From the NCBI GenBank assembly GCA_943372195.1, contig CALRXS010000005.1:114569-146568 (forward strand): DNA of 32,000 nucleotides, in the 5' to 3' direction. Below, piece by piece: positions 11,125 to 19,379 of the stretch (positions within the stretch are counted from its first letter, which is position 1; every line of letters starts with the position of its first letter). The stretch is from Sphingobacterium thalpophilum (GTDB lineage Bacteria > Bacteroidota > Bacteroidia > Sphingobacteriales > Sphingobacteriaceae). The position numbers and the translations under genes were made by a program. The notes under the pieces were generated by a model, which saw only the letters and a program-made list of their open reading frames with translations, made no database searches and was not told the DNA's origin.

Positions 11125-11706
11125 ATGGCAGTTTATAAATTCAGAGTTAGTTTCGAAGATTATGATGATATTCATCGTGATATAGAAATAAAGTCAAATC
11201 AAACATTTGCAGACTTTCACAAGGCGATACATAAATCAATTGCATTTGATGGAAATGCTGCTTCCTCATTTTACATGAGTAACGATTACTGGCATAAGGG
11301 TGAAGAAATTACTTTACTTGAATCGTCTAAAAAAAATGATAAAGTTACTTTAATGGAGACATCCGTATTAAAGAATTTTATAATTGACCCCCATCAGAAA
11401 ATATATTACATCTTCAATTTTGATAAACCCTGGACTTTCCAAATCGAGTTGATTAAAATTACTATCAACGAAGAAGCAAAAGTTGAATACCCTATTTGTG
11501 TAAAATCAATAGGCGAAGCGCCTAAACAATTTGGTAATGCTCCAATCATCGCGAGTGATAACGAAGATTTAGATTTCTTAAATGTTATGGAGTATGGAGT
11601 TGATGATGAAGAAGCAACTGATGAAATGGGATTTGACGATGCAGAAGAATCAGAAGACGAAGAAATAAAAGACGAATTCAGTTCTGATTTTGAAGAAGAA
11701 ATTTAA
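11125..11706 (+). CDS. Hypothetical protein with strongly acidic C-terminal tail
   Basis: 193 aa. The N-terminus (YKFRVSFEDYDDIHRDIEIKSNQTFADFHKAIHKSIAFDG) loosely resembles the pRiA4b-ORF3/MM3350-like pattern. The last ~50 aa are mostly D/E. Confidence 0.55.
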   Translation: MAVYKFRVSFEDYDDIHRDIEIKSNQTFADFHKAIHKSIAFDGNAASSFYMSNDYWHKGEEITLLESSKKNDKVTLMETSVLKNFIIDPHQKIYYIFNFDKPWTFQIELIKITINEEAKVEYPICVKSIGEAPKQFGNAPIIASDNEDLDFLNVMEYGVDDEEATDEMGFDDAEESEDEEIKDEFSSDFEEEI

Positions 11707-12598
11707 ACACACTCTAATTGTCATTGTTGGTCCTACTGCTGTAGGTAAAACTTCAATGGCTATACAATTAGCTAAGTCGTTTAAAACAGAAATTATATCA
11801 GCTGACTCTCGTCAATTTTACAAAGAGTTAGAAATTGGAACAGCCAAGCCTTCATTACAAGAATTAAAGGAAGTACCACATCATTTAATTAATTCACATT
11901 CATTTACAGAACTTGTTGATGCTGGCACATTTGAGAGATTAGCATTAGAAAAAGTCAAAGAAATTTTTAAAAACCACGAAGTGGTAATAGTGGTTGGTGG
12001 TTCTGGACTTTATATTCAATCATTGTGTGAAGGATTAGATCCGGTAGATATACGTGATGAAGAGTTAAGAGCTGAGTTGGCACTTAAGAGTTTAGCAGAA
12101 CTTCAAGTTCAATTGCAATTATTAGATCCAGAGTATTTTGCTGAAGTAGATATCCAAAATCCGCAACGATTGATGCGTGCTCTAGAAATAATTATTACTA
12201 CGGGTAAAAAGTATTCTGAGCAGAGAACCGGACAAAAGAAAGAGCGAGAATTTAATATCATTAAGATCGGACTAACAGATGATAGAGAAATTTTATATGA
12301 TCGAATAAATAAGAGAGTTGATTCGATGGTGCAAAATGGGTTAGAAGAAGAAGCAAGAAAGTTCGAATCACATAAGACTTATTATACTTTACAAACGGTT
12401 GGCTATTCAGAGTGGTACGATTATTTTGATGGCAAAATAAATAGAGAAGAAGCAATCGAATTGATTAAAAGAAATACAAGAAGATATGCTAAAAGGCAAC
12501 TTACTTGGTTTAGAAGAGACCAAGAAATAAAGTGGTTTAACGCAAACGAATTAGATTTAATTCATCAATACATTATAGAACAACTAAATGCTGAATAA
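11690..12598 (+). CDS. miaA: tRNA dimethylallyltransferase
   Basis: P-loop GPTAVGKTSMAIQLA and ISADSRQFYKELEIGTAKPS. The only start that retains the P-loop is TTG at 11690, which overlaps the upstream ORF by 17 nt. Confidence 0.93.
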   Translation: MKKKFKHTLIVIVGPTAVGKTSMAIQLAKSFKTEIISADSRQFYKELEIGTAKPSLQELKEVPHHLINSHSFTELVDAGTFERLALEKVKEIFKNHEVVIVVGGSGLYIQSLCEGLDPVDIRDEELRAELALKSLAELQVQLQLLDPEYFAEVDIQNPQRLMRALEIIITTGKKYSEQRTGQKKEREFNIIKIGLTDDREILYDRINKRVDSMVQNGLEEEARKFESHKTYYTLQTVGYSEWYDYFDGKINREEAIELIKRNTRRYAKRQLTWFRRDQEIKWFNANELDLIHQYIIEQLNAE

Positions 12599-13814
12599 AA
12601 TTATAAGTCCGTATAAAAAAATAGAAAGAGCAGTCCTCTACATGATCGCTGCTGAATTTTTTATACAACTTGTAAATGCAGCGTTTATGATGGTTTTAAA
12701 TATATACTTAGCAAAGAAAAACTATTCAGATCCAGAGATTGCAGATTTTATTTCATGGCGATTTTTAAGTGTGATGTTATTAGCATTTCCCTTAGGCTTA
12801 TACGTTAAAGGTCGAAGAATCATTCCCTTCTTTCGTATTTCTGCAATCGGTGTGAGTTTGTTTTCAATTATGATATTAATATCGGTAGAATATAATTGGA
12901 ATTTTTTGATTCATTTATTTTTGGCTTGTTGGGGTGTAAGTTTTGCATTCATGCAAGTCTTAGCAATGCCATTTATATTGAGAAATACTTCATCGAGTAA
13001 TCAAAGTGCAGCAATATCATTAAGTTATTCTACTTATAGCTTCGGAATGATAGCAGCAGGTTCATTGATTTATTTATTACATATGTCTAATGAATCATAT
13101 TTCGATGAATATAAATCATTATTGGTACTCGCTGTGCTTTCTATACTTAGTGTATTATTTGTTTTAAGAATGGGTCGAAGAGAAGAAGTACCTGTGTTTG
13201 AAGGTAACAGAAAAGACTTAGGTAATTTCGATTGGAAAGTTATAGCAATGGCGATGACACCTTCTTTGATATTAGCAGTAGGTGCCGGATTAACAATACC
13301 ATTTATTAATTTATTTTTCTATAAAGTGTATGGTATGACAGCCGAAACATTTTCAATTGTGAATGCATTTTCATCAGTTACAGTTGCATTTGCAGCATTG
13401 CTAGTACCACATATAAAAAACAAGTACGGCTATAAAGTAGCAATCACTCGAACACAAAGTATTGCAGTGATTTCATTAGCACTGCTAGCCATCACAGAAT
13501 TTTACAGTACAGAAGGTTGGGCTTATTTTGCTGCTGTATTCTTCTTTTTATTACGCCAACCTTTAATGAACATGGCCGCACCAGCCACCTCTGAATTGGT
13601 GATGAATTACGTAGGTCCGAAGAATCAAGAAATTATATCAGCCTTAACCGCTTCAATTTGGTCAGGCTCATGGTTCTTGAGTGCTATAATATTTAGAGTA
13701 TTTCGTAGTAACGGAATGATGTATGGTAATGTGTTTTTGATCACCGCCGCATTGTATGCAGTAGGGGTAATCTGGTATTACTATTTGATTAAAGCTTATC
13801 AGAAAAAAGTTTAA
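12588..13814 (+). CDS. MFS-type transporter
   Basis: 408 aa with about 12 hydrophobic segments arranged 6+6 around a central charged loop (RMGRREEVPVFEGNRKD). The ATG overlaps the miaA stop by 11 nt. Confidence 0.6.
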   Translation: MLNKIISPYKKIERAVLYMIAAEFFIQLVNAAFMMVLNIYLAKKNYSDPEIADFISWRFLSVMLLAFPLGLYVKGRRIIPFFRISAIGVSLFSIMILISVEYNWNFLIHLFLACWGVSFAFMQVLAMPFILRNTSSSNQSAAISLSYSTYSFGMIAAGSLIYLLHMSNESYFDEYKSLLVLAVLSILSVLFVLRMGRREEVPVFEGNRKDLGNFDWKVIAMAMTPSLILAVGAGLTIPFINLFFYKVYGMTAETFSIVNAFSSVTVAFAALLVPHIKNKYGYKVAITRTQSIAVISLALLAITEFYSTEGWAYFAAVFFFLLRQPLMNMAAPATSELVMNYVGPKNQEIISALTASIWSGSWFLSAIIFRVFRSNGMMYGNVFLITAALYAVGVIWYYYLIKAYQKKV

Positions 13815-13853
13815 TTAATGCAGGTTTTTAAATAATCCTTATTTCTTGCAGTA

Positions 13854-13887
13854 TACTGGTGGCACGACTTAAGTCGTGCCACCAGTA
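13854..13887. terminator. Perfect 34-nt palindrome between convergent genes
   Basis: TACTGGTGGCACGACTT|AAGTCGTGCCACCAGTA is a perfect palindrome with 15-17 bp G/C-rich arms around TTAA. Neither side has a clear U-tract. Confidence 0.55.
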
Positions 13888-13909
13888 ATTACTATTTATT
13901 AAACTTTTT

Positions 13910-14398
13910 TCACTTTTGTAGTATAATAATCTTCCCGTTCGGTTCTAAAGAAATAATGGTTTTATCTTCTTCGATGTAGTTCAGGTCAAAGTACTTTACA
14001 TCCTCTAAAGCTTCATCAGTTTTGATTTTAACTAAAGCTATTTTATACTGATTAAGTATTCTATTTAAAGGTTGATTATTCTCAGCTCTGATACCAATTT
14101 TGCCATCAGCATTTCTCCAATTTGGCGCGATTAACATGGAGTTGGGTAATATTAAAAGCATAGGTTTTTCTGAGAACTCTACGAGGTCATATACCATCGG
14201 ATTGATTTCAGAGATATACATCTCAATTTTATTGATGTTATCAATCAGAATTTCTCTACTTGCGTCTTCGTATTTACCTGATTGAAATTTCTCTGCAAAA
14301 GATATTTCTTTTGAATCAATAAGTGTATAATAAGCATCACCTGTGCTAATGCCTACAACTTTTTTTGATTTTAATTCATTAATAATTTCAGCGATCAT
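13910..14398 (-). CDS. Hypothetical protein, possibly a degenerate YrdC/Sua5-like fold
   Basis: 162 aa. The order of segments (KKVVGISTGDAYYTLIDS ... KPMLLILPN ... KIGIRAENNQPLNRIL ... TIISLEPNGKIIILQK) parallels YrdC-family blocks but lacks the usual conserved residues. Its ATG overlaps the glycosyltransferase stop (ATGA). Confidence 0.45.
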   Translation of the reverse strand: MIAEIINELKSKKVVGISTGDAYYTLIDSKEISFAEKFQSGKYEDASREILIDNINKIEMYISEINPMVYDLVEFSEKPMLLILPNSMLIAPNWRNADGKIGIRAENNQPLNRILNQYKIALVKIKTDEALEDVKYFDLNYIEEDKTIISLEPNGKIIILQK

Positions 14399-15531
14399 TT
14401 ATTGAGAATTTCTGTATAGTAACTCATTAATTCATCTGCAATTTTTTTAGCATCAAATTTTTTTACAAACTCTAGATTGAATTCAATGATTTTATTTATT
14501 TCTTCGGATGATAACAATTCATTAATAGCTACGCTCAGTTCATCAACTGAATCGGGGTCAATGTATTTTGTCATCAACCCACCCGCTTCCTCTAAGCAAG
14601 ATCCTTTAGCCGCGATAATTGGTATTCTACTGTGTAATGCTTCAAGTATTGGTATGCCGAATCCTTCATATCTAGAGGGGTATATAAATATTCTTGACTG
14701 TTGATATATACTCGGAAGTTCATTGAATTTCACATCGTGCAGAAAAATAACTCTGTCATTAAGTTGATTCGAATTAATGTATTCATATAATTCATTACAG
14801 TATTCAGTTTTTTTGCCAACTAATACTAATGATGTATCAGGATTGATATTATTAAGTGTCTCTAAAATGAGTTTTGTATTTTTTCTTCGTTCGATGCTGC
14901 CAACACTTAATAAATAATTATCAGGTAAATTGTATTTTAATTTTATTTCTTGTTTAGTTTTTTCATCAGCTTGTTCTTTAAAAATAGTTGAGCAACCTTG
15001 ATAAATAACTTTAATTTTTTCAACATCAATATCATAGTATTTTACTATGTCTTTTTTAGTGCATTCTGAAATAGCGATAATACCATCAGCAGTTTCGCAA
15101 GCGTGCTTAAACTTATTATCATAAATTTTTCGATCAGCAAGTTTATAATATTCGGGATATACTTTAAATATTAAATCGTGTATAGTAACAATACTTTTAA
15201 CATTTGTATTATGAATATTTACAGGTATTTCATGACTTAAGCCATGATATAAATTTATTTTATCGCGAACCAAATCAGCTGTAATGCCATATCTTCTCCA
15301 TGTAGATGAAAATACTTCAAAGAAAAATGATTGGGGTATTTTAATATGAACTTTTGCGTGATGAGGGAGGTCTAAGAATTTAATTTGATGTTCATCGGGT
15401 ACTCTCGGGTTATATAAAAAATAATCATTTTCAGGATGTAGTTCGGTCAACAATTTTAATGTTGATCTACTATAATTTCCTAAACCTGTGAAATTTGAGA
15501 ATGCTCGTTTGGCATCGAAACCTATTCGCAT
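14395..15531 (-). CDS. Glycosyltransferase family 4 (GT-B, group 1)
   Basis: C-terminal half has the EX7E-type motif (PSRYEGFGIPILEALHSRIPIIA). Length (378 aa) and two-domain layout are typical. Confidence 0.85.
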   Translation of the reverse strand: MRIGFDAKRAFSNFTGLGNYSRSTLKLLTELHPENDYFLYNPRVPDEHQIKFLDLPHHAKVHIKIPQSFFFEVFSSTWRRYGITADLVRDKINLYHGLSHEIPVNIHNTNVKSIVTIHDLIFKVYPEYYKLADRKIYDNKFKHACETADGIIAISECTKKDIVKYYDIDVEKIKVIYQGCSTIFKEQADEKTKQEIKLKYNLPDNYLLSVGSIERRKNTKLILETLNNINPDTSLVLVGKKTEYCNELYEYINSNQLNDRVIFLHDVKFNELPSIYQQSRIFIYPSRYEGFGIPILEALHSRIPIIAAKGSCLEEAGGLMTKYIDPDSVDELSVAINELLSSEEINKIIEFNLEFVKKFDAKKIADELMSYYTEILNK

Positions 15532-15546
15532 AAATTTAGTATTGGA

Positions 15547-15591
15547 GTAGCTAGTAGTTAGTAGCTAGTCTAGTTACTAGCTACTAGCTAC
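15547..15591. repeat. CTAG-rich 45-nt near-perfect palindrome
   Basis: GTAGCTAGTAGTTAGTAGCTAG-T-CTAGTTACTAGCTACTAGCTAC has 22-nt arms with 2 non-Watson-Crick positions and five CTAG tetramers. It lies between the dapD stop and the GT4 start. Confidence 0.8.
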
Positions 15592-15603
15592 TTATGTACT
15601 CAT

Positions 15604-16422
15604 TTAAACAGCTACATTATATTCCCTCAAAGTATCATTCAATGATGTCTTGAGGTCAGTTGATTCTTTACGTTTGCCTATAATCAAAGCACATGGTACT
15701 TGATATTCACCAGCAGGATATTTTTTAGTGTAAGAGCCAGGTATAACTACTGAACGCGAAGGAACAACTCCTTTGTATTCTATTGGTTCATCACCTGTCA
15801 CATCTATAATTTTTGTTGAACCTGTTAATACTACATTCGCACCTAATACTGCTTCTTTTTCAACGCGTACACCTTCTACAACGATACATCTCGATCCTAT
15901 AAAACATCCGTCTTCAATAACAACAGGGGCAGCTTGTACAGGTTCTAGAACACCACCTATGCCAACACCGCCACTTAAGTGTACATGTTTACCAATTTGT
16001 GCACAAGAGCCAACTGTAGCCCAAGTATCAACCATTGTACCTTCATCAACATAAGCACCAATGTTTACATAAGAAGGCATCATAATTACACCACTTGCTA
16101 AATATGCGCCATATCTTGCAACGCCATGTGGAACAACCCTAACACCAGCTTTTTTATAATCTGTTTTTAATTTCATTTTGTCGTGAAAGACAAACGGACC
16201 TACCTTTGATTCTTCCATCTTAGAAATCGGGAAGTATAAAATCACTGCCTTTTTGATCCAGTCATTCACATGCCAACTATTCAAAACGGGTTCAGCAACT
16301 CTTAACCTTCCTTTGTCTAATTCTTCAATGATGAATTCAATTGCCTGAATAACATCCGGATAGCTAAGCATATTTCTATCGTCCCATGCTTTTTCTATCA
16401 ATTCTCTATATTTATTAATCAT
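15604..16422 (-). CDS. dapD: 2,3,4,5-tetrahydropyridine-2,6-dicarboxylate N-succinyltransferase
   Basis: Conserved along its full length (LDKGRLRVAEP, WIKKAVILYF, MPSYVNIGAYVDEGTMVDTWATVGSCAQIGKHVHLSGGVGIGGVLEP hexapeptide region). Confidence 0.93.
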   Translation of the reverse strand: MINKYRELIEKAWDDRNMLSYPDVIQAIEFIIEELDKGRLRVAEPVLNSWHVNDWIKKAVILYFPISKMEESKVGPFVFHDKMKLKTDYKKAGVRVVPHGVARYGAYLASGVIMMPSYVNIGAYVDEGTMVDTWATVGSCAQIGKHVHLSGGVGIGGVLEPVQAAPVVIEDGCFIGSRCIVVEGVRVEKEAVLGANVVLTGSTKIIDVTGDEPIEYKGVVPSRSVVIPGSYTKKYPAGEYQVPCALIIGKRKESTDLKTSLNDTLREYNVAV

Positions 16423-16489
16423 ATGCGTAATTTTGTTCGATATTACGAAACAATCCTTAAACTATAAACATTATTAGGTAAAATTTCCA

Positions 16490-16894
16490 ATGGGAGCATC
16501 AGATTCAGAGAAAATACGCATTGATAAATATTTATGGGCTATAAGGGTATATAAAACAAGGAGCATCGCAACAGATGCATGTAAGGCAGGTAAAGTCAAA
16601 TTAGAACAAAATAGTATTAAGCCTTCACAAAATGTGAAAATTGGAGATATCTACCATATTCAAAAATCACAAAGAAAAATTATTGTGAAAGTACTAGCAC
16701 TTCTTGAAAAAAGATTAGACGCCAAATCTGCTGCCCAATATTATGAAGATTTAAGTCCGATCGATGACACTCCTCGTCTTCATTCTGTTTTCACCGTGCC
16801 TGTTTTTCAAAGGGATAGAGGTACAGGTAGACCTACCAAGAAAGAACGAAGAGAAATTGATGATGTTCAAAGCAGTTGGGAAGATGAAGATTAA
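16490..16894 (+). CDS. RNA-binding S4 domain protein (Hsp15/HslR-like)
   Basis: IRIDKYLWAIRVYKTRSIATDACKAGKVKLEQNSIKPS is an S4-domain signature. 134 aa with a basic/acidic tail. Confidence 0.8.
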   Translation: MGASDSEKIRIDKYLWAIRVYKTRSIATDACKAGKVKLEQNSIKPSQNVKIGDIYHIQKSQRKIIVKVLALLEKRLDAKSAAQYYEDLSPIDDTPRLHSVFTVPVFQRDRGTGRPTKKERREIDDVQSSWEDED

Positions 16895-17520
16895 ATAATA
16901 CCATGAGCAAAGGCATATCTTAGCAATCCGCTTATATTATTTACACCAACCTTATCCATAATATTTGCACGATGTTTTTCAACGGTTCTAGTTGAAATTT
17001 CAAGATCTACTGCAATTTCAGGTGAAGACTTTCCTTTAGAAATAAGATTAATTATCTCAACTTCTCTCTCTGTTAATTTTAATTCTGAAAATTCTGCTTC
17101 AAATTTTTCTTTAACTTTTTCTACAATTTTTATATCAGCGCTAAAGTATTTCTCTCCATTTAACACTAGATGAATAGCTTTTAGTAATTCATCTTTTTTT
17201 GCTGATTTAAGTAAATATCCAACTGCACCTGCTTTTATCATTTTATTTAAATGCAAAATATCATCGTGCATAGTAATGGCAATTATTCTTGTCTTCGGAT
17301 GTAAACTCGTAATGATTTTCGTTGCTTCTTCACCATCCATCTGAGGCATGCTAACATCCATCAAAATTAAATCAACACGGCTTTCATTACAAATGGAAAT
17401 AGCTTCTATACCGTTATTTGCATAACCAATTATTTTAAGGTTTTCTTCAGAATCTAATGCAGACTTTATGCCATCAATCATTAATTGATGATCATCTGCT
17501 ATTAATATATTCGTATGCAT
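16891..17520 (-). CDS. Response regulator, NarL/LuxR (GerE HTH) family
   Basis: Receiver residues DD (IADDHQ), the phospho-acceptor D in LILMDVSMPQMDG, T in IIAITMH and K in GYLLKS. C-terminal HTH: LTEREVEIINLISKGKSSPEIAVDLEISTRTVEKHRANIMDKVGV. Confidence 0.92.
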   Translation of the reverse strand: MHTNILIADDHQLMIDGIKSALDSEENLKIIGYANNGIEAISICNESRVDLILMDVSMPQMDGEEATKIITSLHPKTRIIAITMHDDILHLNKMIKAGAVGYLLKSAKKDELLKAIHLVLNGEKYFSADIKIVEKVKEKFEAEFSELKLTEREVEIINLISKGKSSPEIAVDLEISTRTVEKHRANIMDKVGVNNISGLLRYAFAHGII

Positions 17521-17588
17521 AGGGTAGAATTATTTGCTTTCAAATTAAGAATAATATTTATATTTAGGCAAACTAAAATTTATATAAT

Positions 17589-17897
17589 ATGCCAAATAAT
17601 GATATTACCCTAGCACAAGCAGCAGCTCTTGTAGATGAATTCAAAAGTCTAAACATCAGTTCTCAATTTTCTACTTTTATACCTAAAGATCAAATTGAAG
17701 AGTTATTAAGTCAGCCGAATTCAATCGGAATAAATATTTATAATGGATATGTAGATGGTAAAATACATTTAGTATTTGTAAGTGCTCAGACATCAACAGA
17801 AGCCGGGTATACTTTACAAGATGATTTATCTTTAATAAAAAATACTTTCAATGGCGACCCTGAAATTTCTATTGTACCGAATGATATAAATTCATGA
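17589..17897 (+). CDS. Hypothetical small soluble protein
   Basis: 102 aa with no recognisable motif. It is coupled to the next gene by an ATGA overlap at 17894-17897. Confidence 0.5.
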   Translation: MPNNDITLAQAAALVDEFKSLNISSQFSTFIPKDQIEELLSQPNSIGINIYNGYVDGKIHLVFVSAQTSTEAGYTLQDDLSLIKNTFNGDPEISIVPNDINS

Positions 17898-18559
17898 CAA
17901 TAACTCAGAAATTTATCGTTAAGTTTTTGTTTATGATGACTACCATTCAAATTGGTATGACATTTTTTGTAGCATTACTAACTTATAAGTCACATACAAA
18001 AGTTCAACGATTTAATTTATTTTATATTTCAATAATGTTATTCTGGACATACTTTAGTATGTATGTAGGGAAGATCACTGGGAGTAACCATTTTTTAGAA
18101 AGGTTTTATGTATTAATACATGTTACATTAGGTTTGAATTTGGTTTTGCTAGAAGCTAAATCAGAAAAATTTAAAAAATATTCATATTACACATTTATAC
18201 CTTTCTTAGTAATTTGGTTAATATATATTGCAAGCAATGAGTTAGTTAAAACCTCTCCAGTTCTCGGCGGAATATCATATGCATACGTTAGTATTTTAAT
18301 GTTGTATTTATTATATGATAAAATTTCTAATCATACAGGGTCATTATTTAATGACCCTGGTATGTACATTACAGTAGGTACTTATATTTTTTATGCAGGT
18401 ACTGCTGTTGTATTTATTTTACTACAACATTATATGGTTTTTTGGCAGTATTTCCCAAATGCTAGATTTTATAAGCCTGTATTACATGCGGCTTGTAATT
18501 TTATTTTTTATAGTTTATTCATTTATTCCTTTCTATGCAATCGATCGATAAGCAACTAG
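17894..18559 (+). CDS. Polytopic (~7 TM) membrane protein, probable sensor/accessory module of the adjacent kinase
   Basis: 221 aa with about seven hydrophobic segments and short loops. It overlaps the kinase gene by 25 nt in a different frame. Confidence 0.6.
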   Translation: MTITQKFIVKFLFMMTTIQIGMTFFVALLTYKSHTKVQRFNLFYISIMLFWTYFSMYVGKITGSNHFLERFYVLIHVTLGLNLVLLEAKSEKFKKYSYYTFIPFLVIWLIYIASNELVKTSPVLGGISYAYVSILMLYLLYDKISNHTGSLFNDPGMYITVGTYIFYAGTAVVFILLQHYMVFWQYFPNARFYKPVLHAACNFIFYSLFIYSFLCNRSISN

Positions 18560-19281
18560 TAATTGGTGTTGTTGTAACTTTAATAGTTATTCTTTCACTG
18601 CTCGTTTTTATTATTGCAACAGTTGTTTTATATCAACGAAAACTTAGAGAGAAGCAACAGGCTTTATTTCAGTCTGTGATTGATGCAGAAGAAAAAGAAC
18701 GAAATAGAATTGCAAAAGATTTGCACGATAGTTTAGGTGCTTCAATGTCAGCTATCAAATTATATTTTGAAAGTTTGATGCCCAATATTGATGATAAAGA
18801 AAAATCGATTTTGGTTTATAATATGCTTGATGATGCATGTAATGAAGTACGTTCGATTTCACATCAAATGATGCCCCAAATTTTAATAAGAGAGGGTTTG
18901 TTCGTAGCTACTCGTCAATTTTGTTCTGCTTTTATGAACTTGTCTAAATTAAAGTTTGAGCTAAATATTTTAGGTCCAGAAATCAGACCTAATAACCCCA
19001 CTACAGAGCTTATGATTTATAGAGTTTTACAAGAATTAATAAATAATTCATTGAAACATTCTAAAGCCACTGAAATTATTGTTCAATTAATTCAATCCAA
19101 AAATGAGTTGATATTAAGTGTCGAAGATAATGGTATAGGAGGTGATATTAAAATTAATGATATTAGTAATGGGTTGGGAATCAATAATTTAATATCAAGG
19201 GTGAAGTACCTAAACGGACAAATAACCTTTGAAAATGTAGAAAATTCTGGATTAACGGCATTAGTTAGAATTCCTTTTTAA
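18535..19281 (+). CDS. Sensor histidine kinase, HisKA_3 (NarX/DesK/LiaS-like) class, single TM, no extracytoplasmic domain
   Basis: One TM (LVIGVVVTLIVILSLLVFIIATVVLY), H-box RIAKDLHDSLGASMSAIK, N-box LQELINNSLKHSKAT, and G-boxes VEDNGIGG / NGLGINNLISRV. Confidence 0.9.
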   Translation: MQSIDKQLVIGVVVTLIVILSLLVFIIATVVLYQRKLREKQQALFQSVIDAEEKERNRIAKDLHDSLGASMSAIKLYFESLMPNIDDKEKSILVYNMLDDACNEVRSISHQMMPQILIREGLFVATRQFCSAFMNLSKLKFELNILGPEIRPNNPTTELMIYRVLQELINNSLKHSKATEIIVQLIQSKNELILSVEDNGIGGDIKINDISNGLGINNLISRVKYLNGQITFENVENSGLTALVRIPF

Positions 19282-19379
19282 AGTATTTTTTTTATTTAAC
19301 TAATTGGTTTATTTTATATATTAGATGACCTATGTATTAGGCATATTAGTTAAACTAAACTAAATAATTCTAAATAATA

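Noticed and set aside
16891-16894. Convergent S4-domain and response-regulator genes share overlapping stop codons (TTAA)
   Set aside because: The overlap is real but is a common compaction feature. There is no room for any element and no evident functional implication.
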